The notes below the pieces were generated by a model that searched no databases, was not told the origin of the DNA, and saw nothing but the letters and a program-made list of their open reading frames with translations. A DNA stretch of 64,000 nt from Eledone cirrhosa (taxonomy: Eukaryota), in assembly GCA_964016885.1 (NCBI GenBank), contig OZ024743.1, positions 373,798,001-373,862,000 on the forward strand, given 5' to 3'. Position 1 is the first letter of the stretch. Every line of letters begins with the position of its first letter. Positions 25,215 to 37,293 of the stretch are shown piece after piece. The position numbers and the translations under genes were made by a program.

Positions 25215-25995
25215 CGTAAAATAAGAAAATAAAAAAAAAAAGTTTTTAAAAAAAATTTTAACTTACTTAAATTTTCACTCCAACTAATTAGTTTCTGCAA
25301 TGGGATAAAGACAGTTACGTAATCCAACTGTCGAGAATTCATTGCGTCATCAGGGAGTCTATTCTCAGCTAAGTCTCCAGGCACTGCGCGGACACCGGGG
25401 ACTCATATAAAAATAATAATAATTCGGTAGATGGAACAGCTAGCGGGGGCTGGATTCCATGCACTGAAATCCTCGCTGCCTCTGGTCAAATGGCCGATTC
25501 TAAAGAATCAATCACGTGACACAGAGGCTAGTCAGTAGGAATGGGATGGCAAGATGACAGACGCCTACTAACACCCACCAAAAAAATTTAGAAGTGGTTT
25601 TGGCAGGTTTGCTCGACAAATCAGTGATTTGGAGATAAATATAGATAATTTAATATATCTACTAACATAAGCGCACAGATGTACGCTAATGCCAGCAAAT
25701 ACACAGGTTATGTCATAGTACCTAGGTGGTTCGATGCAGGAGGATGCAGAACAATAATATAAAAGACGTAAAATAAGAAAATTTTAAAAAAAATTTTAAC
25801 TTACTTACTTAAAAAAATTTAAGTAAGTTAAAATTTTTTTAAAAAACTTTTTTTAAAAATTTTCTTATTTTACGTCTTTTATATTATTGTTCTGCATCCT
25901 CCTGCATCGAACCACCTAGGTACTATGACATAACCTGTGTATTTGCTGGCATTAGCGTACATCTGTGCGCTTATGTTAGTAGATATATTAAATTA

Positions 25996-25998
<3 letters not shown>
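25204..25998 (-). mobile_element. Non-coding hammerhead element: ~552-bp unit with terminal direct repeat plus ~165-bp inverted arm
   Basis: ATAAAAGACGTAAAATAAGAAA...AATTTTAACTTACTTA occurs at 25207-25269 and 25758-25808. 25643-25806 is mirrored by 25822-25998. Confidence 0.72.
25277..25358 (-). ncRNA. Type-I hammerhead ribozyme
   Basis: Minus strand ACTCC-CTGATGA-c-GCAATG..GACAGTT..AACTGTC..CATTGC-a-GAAA-CTAATTAG-TT-GGAGT; all three stems pair, GUU triplet. Confidence 0.82.
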
Positions 25999-26029
<31 letters not shown>

Positions 26030-26156
26030 AAACGAAGGAAGTGTGGTAAGGAACCAGGTGGACTATAACGCACCAGAGTACTCAGTACTTAGGGTAGTAG
26101 AGTGGGTAATAGGATGCCGTTGGGATCTTGAATATTTTCCTATATCTATATATATA

Positions 26157-26781
26157 TCTATATATATATAAAACTGAGGATGTCTGTGTGTGTATGAGTT
26201 TGAATCCCTAAAACTAGAGAACCACCCAACCGACTGTTTTCAAACTTTACACATGTAATACATATGCTTCAGGGAGTGTTCTGAGCCCTAGGAACCGCAT
26301 TAGGCGATTTAGCGATCTCTCTTCATAATTCTTAGTCTTTCTCTTTTTAGATAGATACATACATATAACGTCGCGCCATTATGATATCTGTCTGTATGTC
26401 TGGCTGTCTGCATTACGTCACTTCCTACAATTCGCTCTACGTCCAGAACGCGCCCTTATAATATCTGTCTGTATGTCTGGCTGTCCTACAATTCGTTCTG
26501 CGTCCAAAACGTGTCCTTATGATATCTGTCTGTATGTCTGGCTGTCTGCTGCCTCCGGTTATTCTGCCACTCTTGCTCAAGAAAAATCTCACACACATTC
26601 CCCAAACAGTTGGTAAGTGCACACAACTTCTTCCTCACGTTTTAAGCCACAGTGTTGCTTACTTACGTACCACCAGACCCTTACTTCTTTGCCAGCCGTG
26701 ATTGTGGCAATACTACGCTTAGCTAAGGCGGTTATATATTTAACAATACCTTATCCCGTGCAACGCCAGGTACCACTGCTA

Positions 26782-26782
<1 letters not shown>
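26157..26782 (+). mobile_element. Non-autonomous Helitron-like element with ~2.4 internal tandem repeats (26379-26550)
   Basis: 5' A|TCTATATATATATAAAACTG, 3' CCCGTGCAACGCCAGG-8nt-CTAG|T; TTATGATATCTGTCTGTATGTCTGGCTGTC occurs three times. Confidence 0.78.
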
Positions 26783-26821
<39 letters not shown>

Positions 26822-27190
26822 TTTCTCTTTTACTCTTTTACCTGTTCCAGCCACATATGTATAAATAAAAAAAAAAGTTCTGTTCACATGTCAACACAAG
26901 ACCAGGAATGAGGGGCTCATTCTACTGACATGGCTTTAAAAATGAGGCTGTTTGCATAATTGCAAACGAATCGAATATTATTATTAGTATTCGAAAAACT
27001 CAGATTACATTTATTATGTATATATATGTATATATATGCATATATAATTATTAATCAGGATAGAGTATATATATTTTTAATACCATAAATACACGCAATA
27101 AATATTTATTTACAATAAATACACGCAAACCTACATGTATGTATATATGTATATATGCATGTATCTGTGTAAATACACACACGTATATAT

Positions 27191-27293
<103 letters not shown>

Positions 27294-28279
27294 TATATAT
27301 AATATATATATATATATATGTACATATATATGTGTGTGTGTGTATGTATGTATGTTCTGGTTTTATAATTTCACAAATTTTTTCCCAATAGAGAGTCGGT
27401 TTCTAACATAGACACAAGATCAGTAATGGGGATCAGTAATGTTTGTGCTAATGTCAACCATTCTGGTATAAGTGTATCTCCCTTAAGAACTTGTTGGTAG
27501 AGGTCAGTAAGATACCTTCTATAGAATATCAGATTTTTGTACCAGTAGCCGACAATCATGTCTCTTCCTGGTGTTTTCTTATCTTGGATTTTTCTTATCA
27601 CAGTCTCAAGGGTACCCTCACTTATTTCGTATGTTTTTGTTGTAGTGTAGGAGCAATAGTTCTTTCGGATTTCTTTTAGCCACACTGCATCTTGGTTGAA
27701 ATTCTTCTTTTCACCCCATATTTTTCTCCAAAAGGAATCTATGTCTTTCTGGGATGGGGCCTCAGTGACACTTATTACTTTGCCCTTCATATCTCTATAG
27801 ACTGATGTTTGGTTTCGTCTGAATCTTTTATTAAGCACTTTTCCCTCATCTATACTCTTCAGGTATCGGCGTTTTTCGCTAACAGCTCTCAATTCTTGTT
27901 TGAGGGTGATCAGCTTATATTGGAGAGTTCTGGTTCTACTGTTACCAAACATCATCTCTATTTTATTGTTCACTCTTTGTTGGTGAGGAGTGAGTTTTTT
28001 TGTGTTTGTTTGCATGTAAGGAGCATTGTCACATGTCCTATGTTTTTTCGTAGGTCAGCAATCTTTTTTTCTATTTTAGTTATATATGATGGTATTTTTG
28101 GTGGTGTTTTGTTCGTGTTAATATCTCTGCTATCACCAAGATAATGCTTCACTGTCATTGCTAAGGCATATAAACAGGCGTTGATTTGCCAAAATGTTGG
28201 GGTTTTTATCCGTCGTAAATATTCATCCCTATTTCGTCAATAACACGTAGTATTTCATTATTTGTTTTTTTATTCAACA

Positions 28280-29565
28280 CTAGCATTAAAGCCCGGCGTT
28301 GCTCGGGGTCATTAAGTTACCAAAGTTAGGTTGCAGCACTTTTTTGTCTGCCAGGCACTGGGTGAATGAATTGCAGACCTGGAAGCATGAGCTGCGCCAG
28401 CAGTGACAATTGTAGTTTCGCCTATGGATATTATCTCTGTGCAAAAAAGTGTTGAAATTTATTGTTTCACAGTACTTGCGCAACACGCGAGTAGACGATG
28501 CCAGCCGAACAACAGAGCTGCGATGGAGTTGTTCTGCATGGTTGTCTGTGTGTTTTCTAAATTTAAGACAGTAGGGAGGGTTGTGATATGAGGGAAAGTT
28601 AACTGTTGTTTCTAGCAGGTTTAGTGACCTCATAGAGGATATGTGTTTTCTAAATTTAAGACAGTAGGGAGTGGTGTGATATGAGGGAGAGTTAGCTCCT
28701 GTTTCTAGCAGGTTTAGTGACCTCATAGAAGATATGTTTTCTAAATTTAAGACAGTAGGGAGGGGTATGATATGGGGGAGAGTTAGCTGCTGTTTCTAGC
28801 AGGTTTAGTAACCTCATAGAGGATATGTGTTTTCTAAATTTAAGACAGTAGGGAGTGGTGTGATATGAGGGAGAGTTAGCTGCTGTTTCTAGCAGGTTTA
28901 GTAACCTCATAGAGGATATGTGTTTTCTAAATTTAAGACAGTAGGGAGTGGTGTGATATGAGGGAGAGTTAGCTGCTGTTTCTAGCAGGTTTAGTAACCT
29001 CATAGAGGATATGTGTTTTCTAAATTTAAGACAGTAGGGAGTGGTGTGATATGAGGGAGAGTTAGCTGCTGTTTCCAGCAGGTTTAGTGACCTCATAGAG
29101 GATATTATTGTTTATCATCTATATATATAAAACTGACTGCACGCGTAACGAAATTTACAGATACATATATTTTAAATAAACTTATATAATTTTTGCTTTT
29201 TTTTACGAAATATTTGCTTGTTTTACGTAGTCTTTAAATAGACTTGTTTTCAAGTAAAAATTATTGTGTTAATGTCATTTTAAACGCTGAGAAAGCCAGT
29301 GTAATTTTTTTAATTTTTGCACGCAGACGCTCAATGTAAACAGAACAAAGGGAAATAACTGATCACTCACGCTCAAAAATCGATACATTATATTCGATTT
29401 CGTCAGATAGGGCGGGTCAATTTGAAATATTTTTTTTCCGATGTCTTCGCTAGGGCTCAATGTACAAGTATAGCAATTTCGGTGCAATTCCGTGAGAGAT
29501 TCTAAGAGGAGATGTGTGCCAAAAATCGATAGACAGACAGACAACCACAGTTTTATATATATAGA
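28280..29565 (-). mobile_element. Non-autonomous Helitron-like element (1286 bp) with 93-bp tandem repeats
   Basis: Minus strand 5' TCTATATATATAAAACTG, 3' CCCGAGCAACGCCGGG-CTTTAATG-CTAG. It is inserted between A and T with no TSD, and the empty site is visible at 34081/34082. Confidence 0.9.
28547..29106. repeat. 93-bp minisatellite, ~6 copies
   Basis: TGTTTTCTAAATTTAAGACAGTAGGGAG recurs every ~93 bp (31-aa period in the pseudo-ORF). Confidence 0.95.
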
Positions 29566-30471
29566 TTGTCGTTTTAACACGTTCAGCCAGAGATATTTAT
29601 ACATGAGTTAATTTCTCTCTGGAAGATTTCGTTAAGGGAAATTTTCAATTGTTTATACTTTTGATTATCATTATCGATAGTATTTTCCACAACAGTCGAG
29701 GTAGACTCGGATGGTATATGTGGTGTCAAATTTCTTCGATTATTATTATTATCGATAGTCTTTTCTCCAGCATTCGAGATAGACTTAGATGGTACAGGTG
29801 GTGTCAAGTTTCTTACAGGCATAGATGTTTCAAGGCGCTGTTCGACCTGGCTGCTAGGAAGTCTAGTAGCATGGCGATCTGTAGCACGTGTTGTTGATTC
29901 CATGTTTGTTGTGGGGGACTTACAATTAATAATATTTATCTTATTTTTACGTTCAACAAACGTCGCTTGTTGGAGTAATTGTTTCGCTGTGAAATAATTT
30001 AGCTCTGGGTGCATTTCGTCCCAGTGTAGCTTCATTCTATTCATATAGCCAATGGAGGTATTGTTTTTTGCCATTTTATAACAATTAAATAAATCATTAT
30101 TAAGTTCGCAACTCCAAGAGAAATGCGATTTATAATTTCGGTTTCTTCTGTAGCTACAGCTGAATAAAGTTTGATTATCTTCTTTGTTATTTGTCTTCGA
30201 TACTTCCTTAATTTTTTTGTTGATGTTGTGTTCAGCCATGCTGTTTGTAGCAAATCCTTGTAAAATGAATTATGTATTTAGTCGGATATCTCTACGAATT
30301 CGAATAAAAGGTGTCTTCAGAAGGGATAGTTAGAAGAATAACCAGTTATTCAACCTGACTGTAGTTGTGGCATTACTGTCGGAGATAGTATTCATCTTAA
30401 ATTTAATAAATAGTCTCCCACGCCAAAATATGCGACTGATCGCGTTGACTGTCTATGTATGTATGTATGTA

Positions 30472-30891
30472 TCCGGGAGAGATGACCCCTTAGCCTTTGT
30501 CAAGGCAGAATTCTAGGAGAAGGAAAACTCTGATATAACACCTGCAACCCTGATGGTATCCAATGATGTTGACTTGTTCTTCTTTTTGGTAAATATCATC
30601 TTGGTTAAGAGAGTGGGACTGGCTTTGTGCAGTGCCTTTGCTCACTATAAAAGCTTCACGGCACAGGCATTACTTTATATCTGGAGATCTCTCTGCACTT
30701 GTCATCACATGGTACCATGGGCCCAGGACTATGTGTCAGTAATTGTCACAAGTGTAGTGTTTGTACCAGAGTTTTCAAGTCGCTGGCTGGACTAAAAAGT
30801 CACACTCGTTGAGCGCATCGGTAGGGGTTCTTCTACTTGGATATAAAGTAGTGGCCGTACTCGAAAACGAGTTGGCAGCCACCATGTATGT
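30472..30891 (+). mobile_element. Short non-autonomous element with RTE-like 5' UTR and (ATGT)n tail
   Basis: CTAGGAGAAGGAAAACTCTGATA head resembles RTE 5' UTRs (recalled). Tail GGCCGTACTCGAAAACGAG..GCAGCCACC(ATGT)n. Homologous to 35049-35323. Confidence 0.6.
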
Positions 30892-33800
30892 ATGTTCTTC
30901 TGGTTTTATAATTTCACAAAGTTTTACCAATAGAGAGAGAGTCGGTTTCTAACATAGACAGAAGACTCTCTCATTGGAATTTACATATCATCAACTAGGT
31001 AGATATGTATGCATGCATGTGTAGATATGGATGTTATTGTATGTGTGGATGTGGATGTTTTGAGTTGTATGTGTGCATGTGCATACGCTTTGTATCTGTA
31101 CATGTGTATATGCAGTTATTAGATGCAACATTTTTGGAATGTTTTACATATTTTTACAGTTCCATTAATGGATTGTACTTGTAATTTCCTAACTAGCTGT
31201 GTTTCTGTTCCTGTGAAGCCTAGCTTCTCGAGATTTGTATTGAGGCAGTTACTAACATATCCCAGTGCCCCAACAATCAGAGGCATAAATCTGAAGGTGT
31301 AATCAGGGTGGAGTATCTGCAGATTTCTCATCAGTTCTGCATATATATTCTCCTTTTCACTAATCTATGATATTATATTGGCATCTGCTGGGCAGCTAAT
31401 TTCCACTACTGTGCATGTTTTCTTCTCCCTGTCCCATATCATAATATCTGGTCTGTTATCCCTGCATTTTATTGGGGTTTTTACTGGATCATTCCACCAG
31501 TACTCTTTCATATTATGTACATGGATGTCTTCCACATTGTTGTAGCTTTTAATGTGTTTATTATCGGAGCTATCTTTTTTACGAACTGCATTGTACAGTG
31601 TTTTGGCCACTATATCATAGGTAGATAGTACCGCGATGACATCTTTGGACAGCTGCTGATGACATGGGTGATATCCTCGATGTTAGTTCTGCAGAGTCTG
31701 CACTTGTTATCACATCTAGGTGTTTTGCCTGCATCCCTATCTCTTTTGTGAATCAGGTATTTCGTGCTAATCTCCTGTTCTTTGATTGCAAAAGCGTATC
31801 CTTCAAAGTGGGAGCCAATATAGCGGTTGTTGGTCCAAGATAGACTACTTTCCTTATCTATATTTCTCTCACTCTGGAGCTTCCTGGCAACATATCCATG
31901 CATGATTTTATGCTGATAGGCATGCAGTTTTTCATCCAAGGATTCACTGCGATACTGCTGAGCGACATCCCTGGGTGTGAGTTTTTGATTATCACACAGG
32001 GAATATCTCTCAAGGAGTTCCTTCCCAACTCTCATGATCTTATCTGTTTCATGCAGATAGACTTGCTCGAGAAGTGGGCTCCTACGCTTCGAGGTTCGTA
32101 GATGTTGTCGGAGAGATATGATGCGACATTCAAATGTTGTCTGGACTGATGTTAGGCCTCTGCCTCCCTGCTTACGTTTCAAGTAAAGGCGGTCTATGTC
32201 ACTGTTGATGTGGAAGTTTCCGGTGTTGTTCAGTATTTTTCGAGTTCCAACATCAACTGCTCGGATTTCGTCTATCGTCCAACTGAGTATTCCAAATGTT
32301 GGTGTTAGGACAGGCACAGCAAACACATTGTGAGCCACTGTTTTGTTTTGCGCAGAGAGTTCTGATGACCAGATCTTTCTTAATCGGGTGTAGTATTCCC
32401 TGGTTACGCGTTCTTTATTACAGATACCATTATAGGATATGTTCTCATCTATCCCCAGGTATCTGTAGCAGTCCTCATCAGATATCGGTGAAACAGTTAG
32501 ACCATTGATGACAATGTTGCTAGATTGGGTTGTTGTTTTTCCCCGCTTTACAGTCATGTATGAGCATTTATCTTGGCCAAACTCCATTCCTATATCCTTT
32601 GAGAACGTTGTAACTAGGTCAAGATTTTTCTTCATCCCATCCATGTTCTTGGCATAGAGTTTCAGATTGTTCACAAAGAAATTATGGGCTAGGTTCGTAT
32701 TTCTGTCCTCCTGTGAGCCAATGATGTATCCCTCACATTTCTTGAGCAGAAAGGACAAGGGGTTTAATGACAAGATGAACAATATCACAGAGAGACTGTC
32801 CCCCTGAAATATACCCCTGCAATATTTTATTTTATCAGTGAAAATAGAGTCCTCCCTCTCTGTCTTTAACCTTAGGATAGTAGCCCAAGAAGAAGACAGC
32901 CTCTCTATGGCTCTGACAATAATGTCTGGGACTTTAGCAAGTTGGAGGGCCTCTATCATCCAAGAGTGGGGAACAGAATCGAAAGCTTTCCTGTAGTCCA
33001 GCCAGACTGTAGTCATATTCCTCCTAAGTTGTCGCACCTCCGACATCGCAGTTTTGTTGATTAGGAGTTGCTCAGCACATCCCCAAACCCCTTTCTTTCC
33101 ATCTGTGATGATGTTATTATTTTCACAGTGATCTTGGAAGAATAGGTTCAGGCAGGCTGTATAGATCTTATACATCAGGTTCTGGCATGCAATGGGTCGG
33201 TAGTTTTTTGCCAAGTGGGTGTCTTTATTCTTGGGGACCAGTAACGTTTGTGCTAATGTCAACCATTCTGGTATAAGTGTATCTCCCTTAAGAACTTGTT
33301 GGTAGAGGTCAGTAAGATACCTTCTATAGAATATCAGATTTTTGTACCAGTAGCCGACAATCATGTCTCTTCCTGGTGTTTTCTTATCTTGGATTTTTCT
33401 TATCACAGTCTCAAGGGTACCCTCACTTATTTCGTATGTTTTTGTTGTAGTGTAGGAGCAATAGTTCTTTCGGATTTCTTTTAGCCACACTGCATCTTGG
33501 TTGAAATTCTTCTTTTCACCCCATATTTTTCTCCAAAAGGAATGTCTTTCTGGGATGGGGCCTCAGTGACACTTATTACTTTGCCCTTCATATCTCTATA
33601 GACTGATGTTTGGTTTCGTCTGAATCTTTTATTAAGCATTTTTCTCTCGTCTACCTTCTTCGTGTATCGGCGTTTTTCGCTAACAGCTCTCAATTCTTGT
33701 TTGAGGGTGATCAGCTTATATTGGAGAGTTCCGGTTCTACTGTTACCAAACATCGTCTCTATTTTATTGTTCACTCTTTGTTGGTGAGGAGTGAGTTATT

Positions 33801-35024
33801 TTGTCTTTGTTTGCATGTAAGGAGCATTGTCACATGTCCTATGTTTTTTCGTAGGTCAGCAATCTTTTTTTCTATTTTAGTTATATATGATGGTAGTTTT
33901 GGTGGTGTTTTGTTCGTATTAATATCTCTGCTATCACCAAGATAATGCTTCACTGTCATTGCTAAGGCATATAAACAGGCGTTGATTTGCCAAAATGTTG
34001 GAGTTTTTATCCGTCGTAAATATTCATCCCCTATTTCGTTAATAACACGTAGTATTTCATTATTTATTTTTTTATTCACCATTGTCATTTTAACACGTTC
34101 AGCAAGAGCGATATTTATACATGAGTTTAATTTCTCTCTGGAAGATTTCGTTGAGGGAAATTTTCAATTGTTTATACTTTTGATTGGGTAATTGCTGGCC
34201 TTGTGCCAAAACTAGAAACAATTATCGATAGTATTTTCCACAACAGTCGAGGTAGACTCGGATGGTATACGTGGTGTCACATTTATTCGATTATTATTAT
34301 TATTATTTCTTCGATTATTATTATCGATAGTGTTTTCCTCAGCATTCGAGGTAGACTTAGATGGTACAGGTTATGTCAAGTTTCTTACAGGCATAGTTGT
34401 TTCAAGGCGCTGTTCGACCTGGCTGCTAGGAAGTCTAGTAGCATGGCGATCTGTAGCACGTGTTGTGATCCCATGTTTATTGTGGGGGACTTACAATTAA
34501 TAATATTTATCTTATTTTTACGTTCAACAAACGTCGCTTGTTGGCGTAATTGTTTCGCTGTGAAATAATTTAGCTCTGGGTGCATTTCGTTCCAGTGTAG
34601 CTTCATACTATTCATATAGCCAATGGAGGGATTGTTTTTTGCCATTTTATAACAATTAAATAAATCATTATTAAGTTCGCAACTCCAAGAGAAATGCGAT
34701 TTATAATTTCGGTTTCTTCTGTAGCTACAGCTGAATAAAGTTTGATTACCTTCTTTGTTATTTGTCTTCGATACTTCCTTAATTTTCTTGTTGATGTTGT
34801 GTTCAGCCATGCTGTTTGTAGCAAATCCTTGTAAAATGAATTATGTATTTAGTCGGATATCTCTACGAATTCGAATAAAAGGTGTCTTCAGAAGGGATAG
34901 TTAGAAGAATAACCAGTTATTCAACCTGACTGTAGTTGTGGCATTACTGTCGGAGATAGTATTCATCTTAAATTTAATAAATAGTCTCCCACGCCAAAAT
35001 ATGCGACTGATCGCGTTGACTGAT
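30892..35024 (-). mobile_element. R4/Dong-like RLE LINE copy B, apparently full length (~4.1 kb) but decayed
   Basis: KTPGRD, NYRPIAC, WLDYRKAFDSVPH, GIFQGDSLS, YRYLG, GGRGL, CRLC..HVISSC, NRPDIMIWD..VEISCP. Several frameshifts. 3' hairpin GAGAGAGTC..GACTCTCTC. (ATGT)n on both sides. Confidence 0.92.
31119..34810 (-). pseudogene. RT + zinc knuckle + restriction-like endonuclease ORF, frameshifted, catalytic DD changed to NN
   Basis: ORF pieces 34385-34810, 33771-34088, 33481-33774, 31610-33490, 31365-31610 and 31119-31331; HNFFVNNLKLYA versus HLFYMDDLKLFA in the element at 37293-39610. Confidence 0.9.
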
Positions 35025-35048
35025 TATGTATGTATGTATGTATGTATG

Positions 35049-35480
35049 GGATAACTCCGATATAAAACCTGCGACTCAGTAGTTACCGATGATGTTGATC
35101 TGTTCTTCTTTTCGGGTTATAGCTACTGTCGCTCAGGGAGTGGGATTGGTTCAGTGCACAGTCTTTCCTCACTTTAAAAAATATCTTCACGCACAGGCAT
35201 TGCACGATAGAATTAATTAATAATTATTAATAATGGTATATCGTGCAATGGCCGTACTCGATAACGAGGGGGAAGCCATCATGTATGTATGTATGTATGT
35301 ATGTATGTATGTATGTATGTATGTTTTTTAATTTTATTTTTTATTTATTTATTAATTTTTTTTTCTCCTCGTGCAATGTCCATACTCGATAACGAGGGGG
35401 CAGCCATCATCATGTATGTATGTATGTATGTATGTATGTATGTATGTATGTATGTATGTATGTATGTATGTGTATGCATG
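35049..35480 (+). mobile_element. Second RTE-like short element plus an extra tail fragment (35368-35412), each followed by (ATGT)n
   Basis: Aligns by eye with 30527-30670 and 30853-30883; the tail TCGTGCAATG.CC.TACTCGATAACGAGGGGG.AGCCATC is repeated. Confidence 0.6.
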
Positions 35481-35728
35481 TATGTATATGTATGTATATA
35501 TGCATGTATGTTATAGGCCTGTGTTGAAATGAAAACACTCAAGATGACAGCCATCGTTACGTCACTTGATAATAATAGATGTTCTAATGAACAAGTGGAG
35601 TTATTACCGTCATTAGGTTTTAATGATTAACTTAACTGTTTCAACAACCTCTCATTTGCATTTACTTCAAAAGCTTAAGGAAATCCGCTTTTCAATCACA
35701 GCATATTCTCCCACTTCGATCACCATCG

Positions 35729-35771
<43 letters not shown>

Positions 35772-35807
35772 TCTCTCTCTCTCTCTCTCACTCTCTCTCT
35801 CTCTCTC

Positions 35808-35846
<39 letters not shown>

Positions 35847-35975
35847 ACTCTCTCTCTCTCTCACCCTCTCTCTCCTTCTCTCTGTTTCTGTCTCTTTTGA
35901 CTCTCTCTGATTGTCAGTCTCTCTCTCTCTCGCTCCTTCTCTCTGTTTCTGACAGACACTCTCTGACTCTCTTTG

Positions 35976-36027
<52 letters not shown>

Positions 36028-36111
36028 GCTCCTTCTCTCTGTCTCTCTCTTCTCTCCCTTTCTTTCTCGCTGTTAGTCATTCGCGTTCTCACTCTCTTGC
36101 TGTCATTCCCT

Positions 36112-36155
<44 letters not shown>
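35729..36155. repeat. (CT)n microsatellite
   Basis: Direct reading. Confidence 0.95.
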
Positions 36156-36157
<2 letters not shown>

Positions 36158-36281
36158 CCCCCCTCTCTCTGTGAATGTTTTTCTGTCATATCTTTGATTT
36201 TAATATCCTTTGTGTTTCCGAAGGCTTTGAAGTACTCAAAACATAGACACACATATATAAATATCTAATGCATAGACATAC

Positions 36282-36374
<93 letters not shown>

Positions 36375-36685
36375 AAACTTATATAATAACGCATAAATGT
36401 ACAAAACATTTACACACCAGGCCCTCTAATAGCACGTTCACACTCATATATTATGTATATATGCATGTATGTATGTATGCATATATATATACATACATAT
36501 ATATATATAAACAAACCTTTGTTCATAAATATGTGCATATATATATATATATATACATACACACACATACACACACACACATATATACATACATATAGGT
36601 TTATATATATATGTATACATATATGTTTATATATATATGTTTATATATAAACATATATGTTTATATATATATATATGTATATATA

Positions 36686-36741
<56 letters not shown>

Positions 36742-37131
36742 TATATATATACACACACATATATATATACACATACACACAGATACAGACACACACACAC
36801 ACACATATATATATATACACACACATACATATATAAATATATATATATTACTACACACACAGGCCCTCAAACATATGTATGCTCACGTAGCATCAATCAT
36901 TACCCCCCCCCCCCCCTACCACTCACTCGTCCAGTCGTTTCTCTCAATACCACCTCTGAATTACAATGGAAGATTTGACCAACAAAGTCTTTATTAAATA
37001 TATGTTTATTTACTGTTGTTGGCCGTTTTCCCCGTTAGGAGGAGGATTGAGAAAAACATCTTGAAATAATCTTTAAAACTTTCCCACTAATTCATTTTAA
37101 CAGGGACTCTTTCATCGCCATCGTTAAGTAG

Positions 37132-37197
37132 CTTCTTCTTCTTCTTCTTCTTCTTCTTCTTCTTCTTCTTCTTCTTCTTCTTCTTCTTCTTCTTCTT

Positions 37198-37291
<94 letters not shown>
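37132..37291. repeat. Compound (CTT)~32 (ATT)~21 microsatellite
   Basis: Direct reading. Confidence 0.97.

Positions 37292-37292
<1 letters not shown>

Positions 37293-37293
<1 letters not shown>

Larger units (their letters stand above)
27355..30454 (-). mobile_element. R4/Dong-like RLE LINE copy A: both ends present, RT/RLE internally deleted, interrupted by a Helitron
   Basis: Near-identical to 30892-35024. The 3' tail (27355-27418) is joined to sequence equivalent to ~33232. Flanked by (ATGT)n. Confidence 0.88.

Noticed and set aside
28286-29096. 31-aa repeat protein
   Set aside because: Stop-free frame of the 93-bp minisatellite inside a non-autonomous element
34930-35024. HDV-like ribozyme at the 5' end of the R4-like LINE
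   Set aside because: A nested double pseudoknot could not be assembled by eye; a descriptor search would be needed
27355-35323. Single tandem segmental duplication (LINE + short element, twice)
   Set aside because: The LINE copies are near-identical while the adjacent short elements are much more diverged, which favours independent insertions
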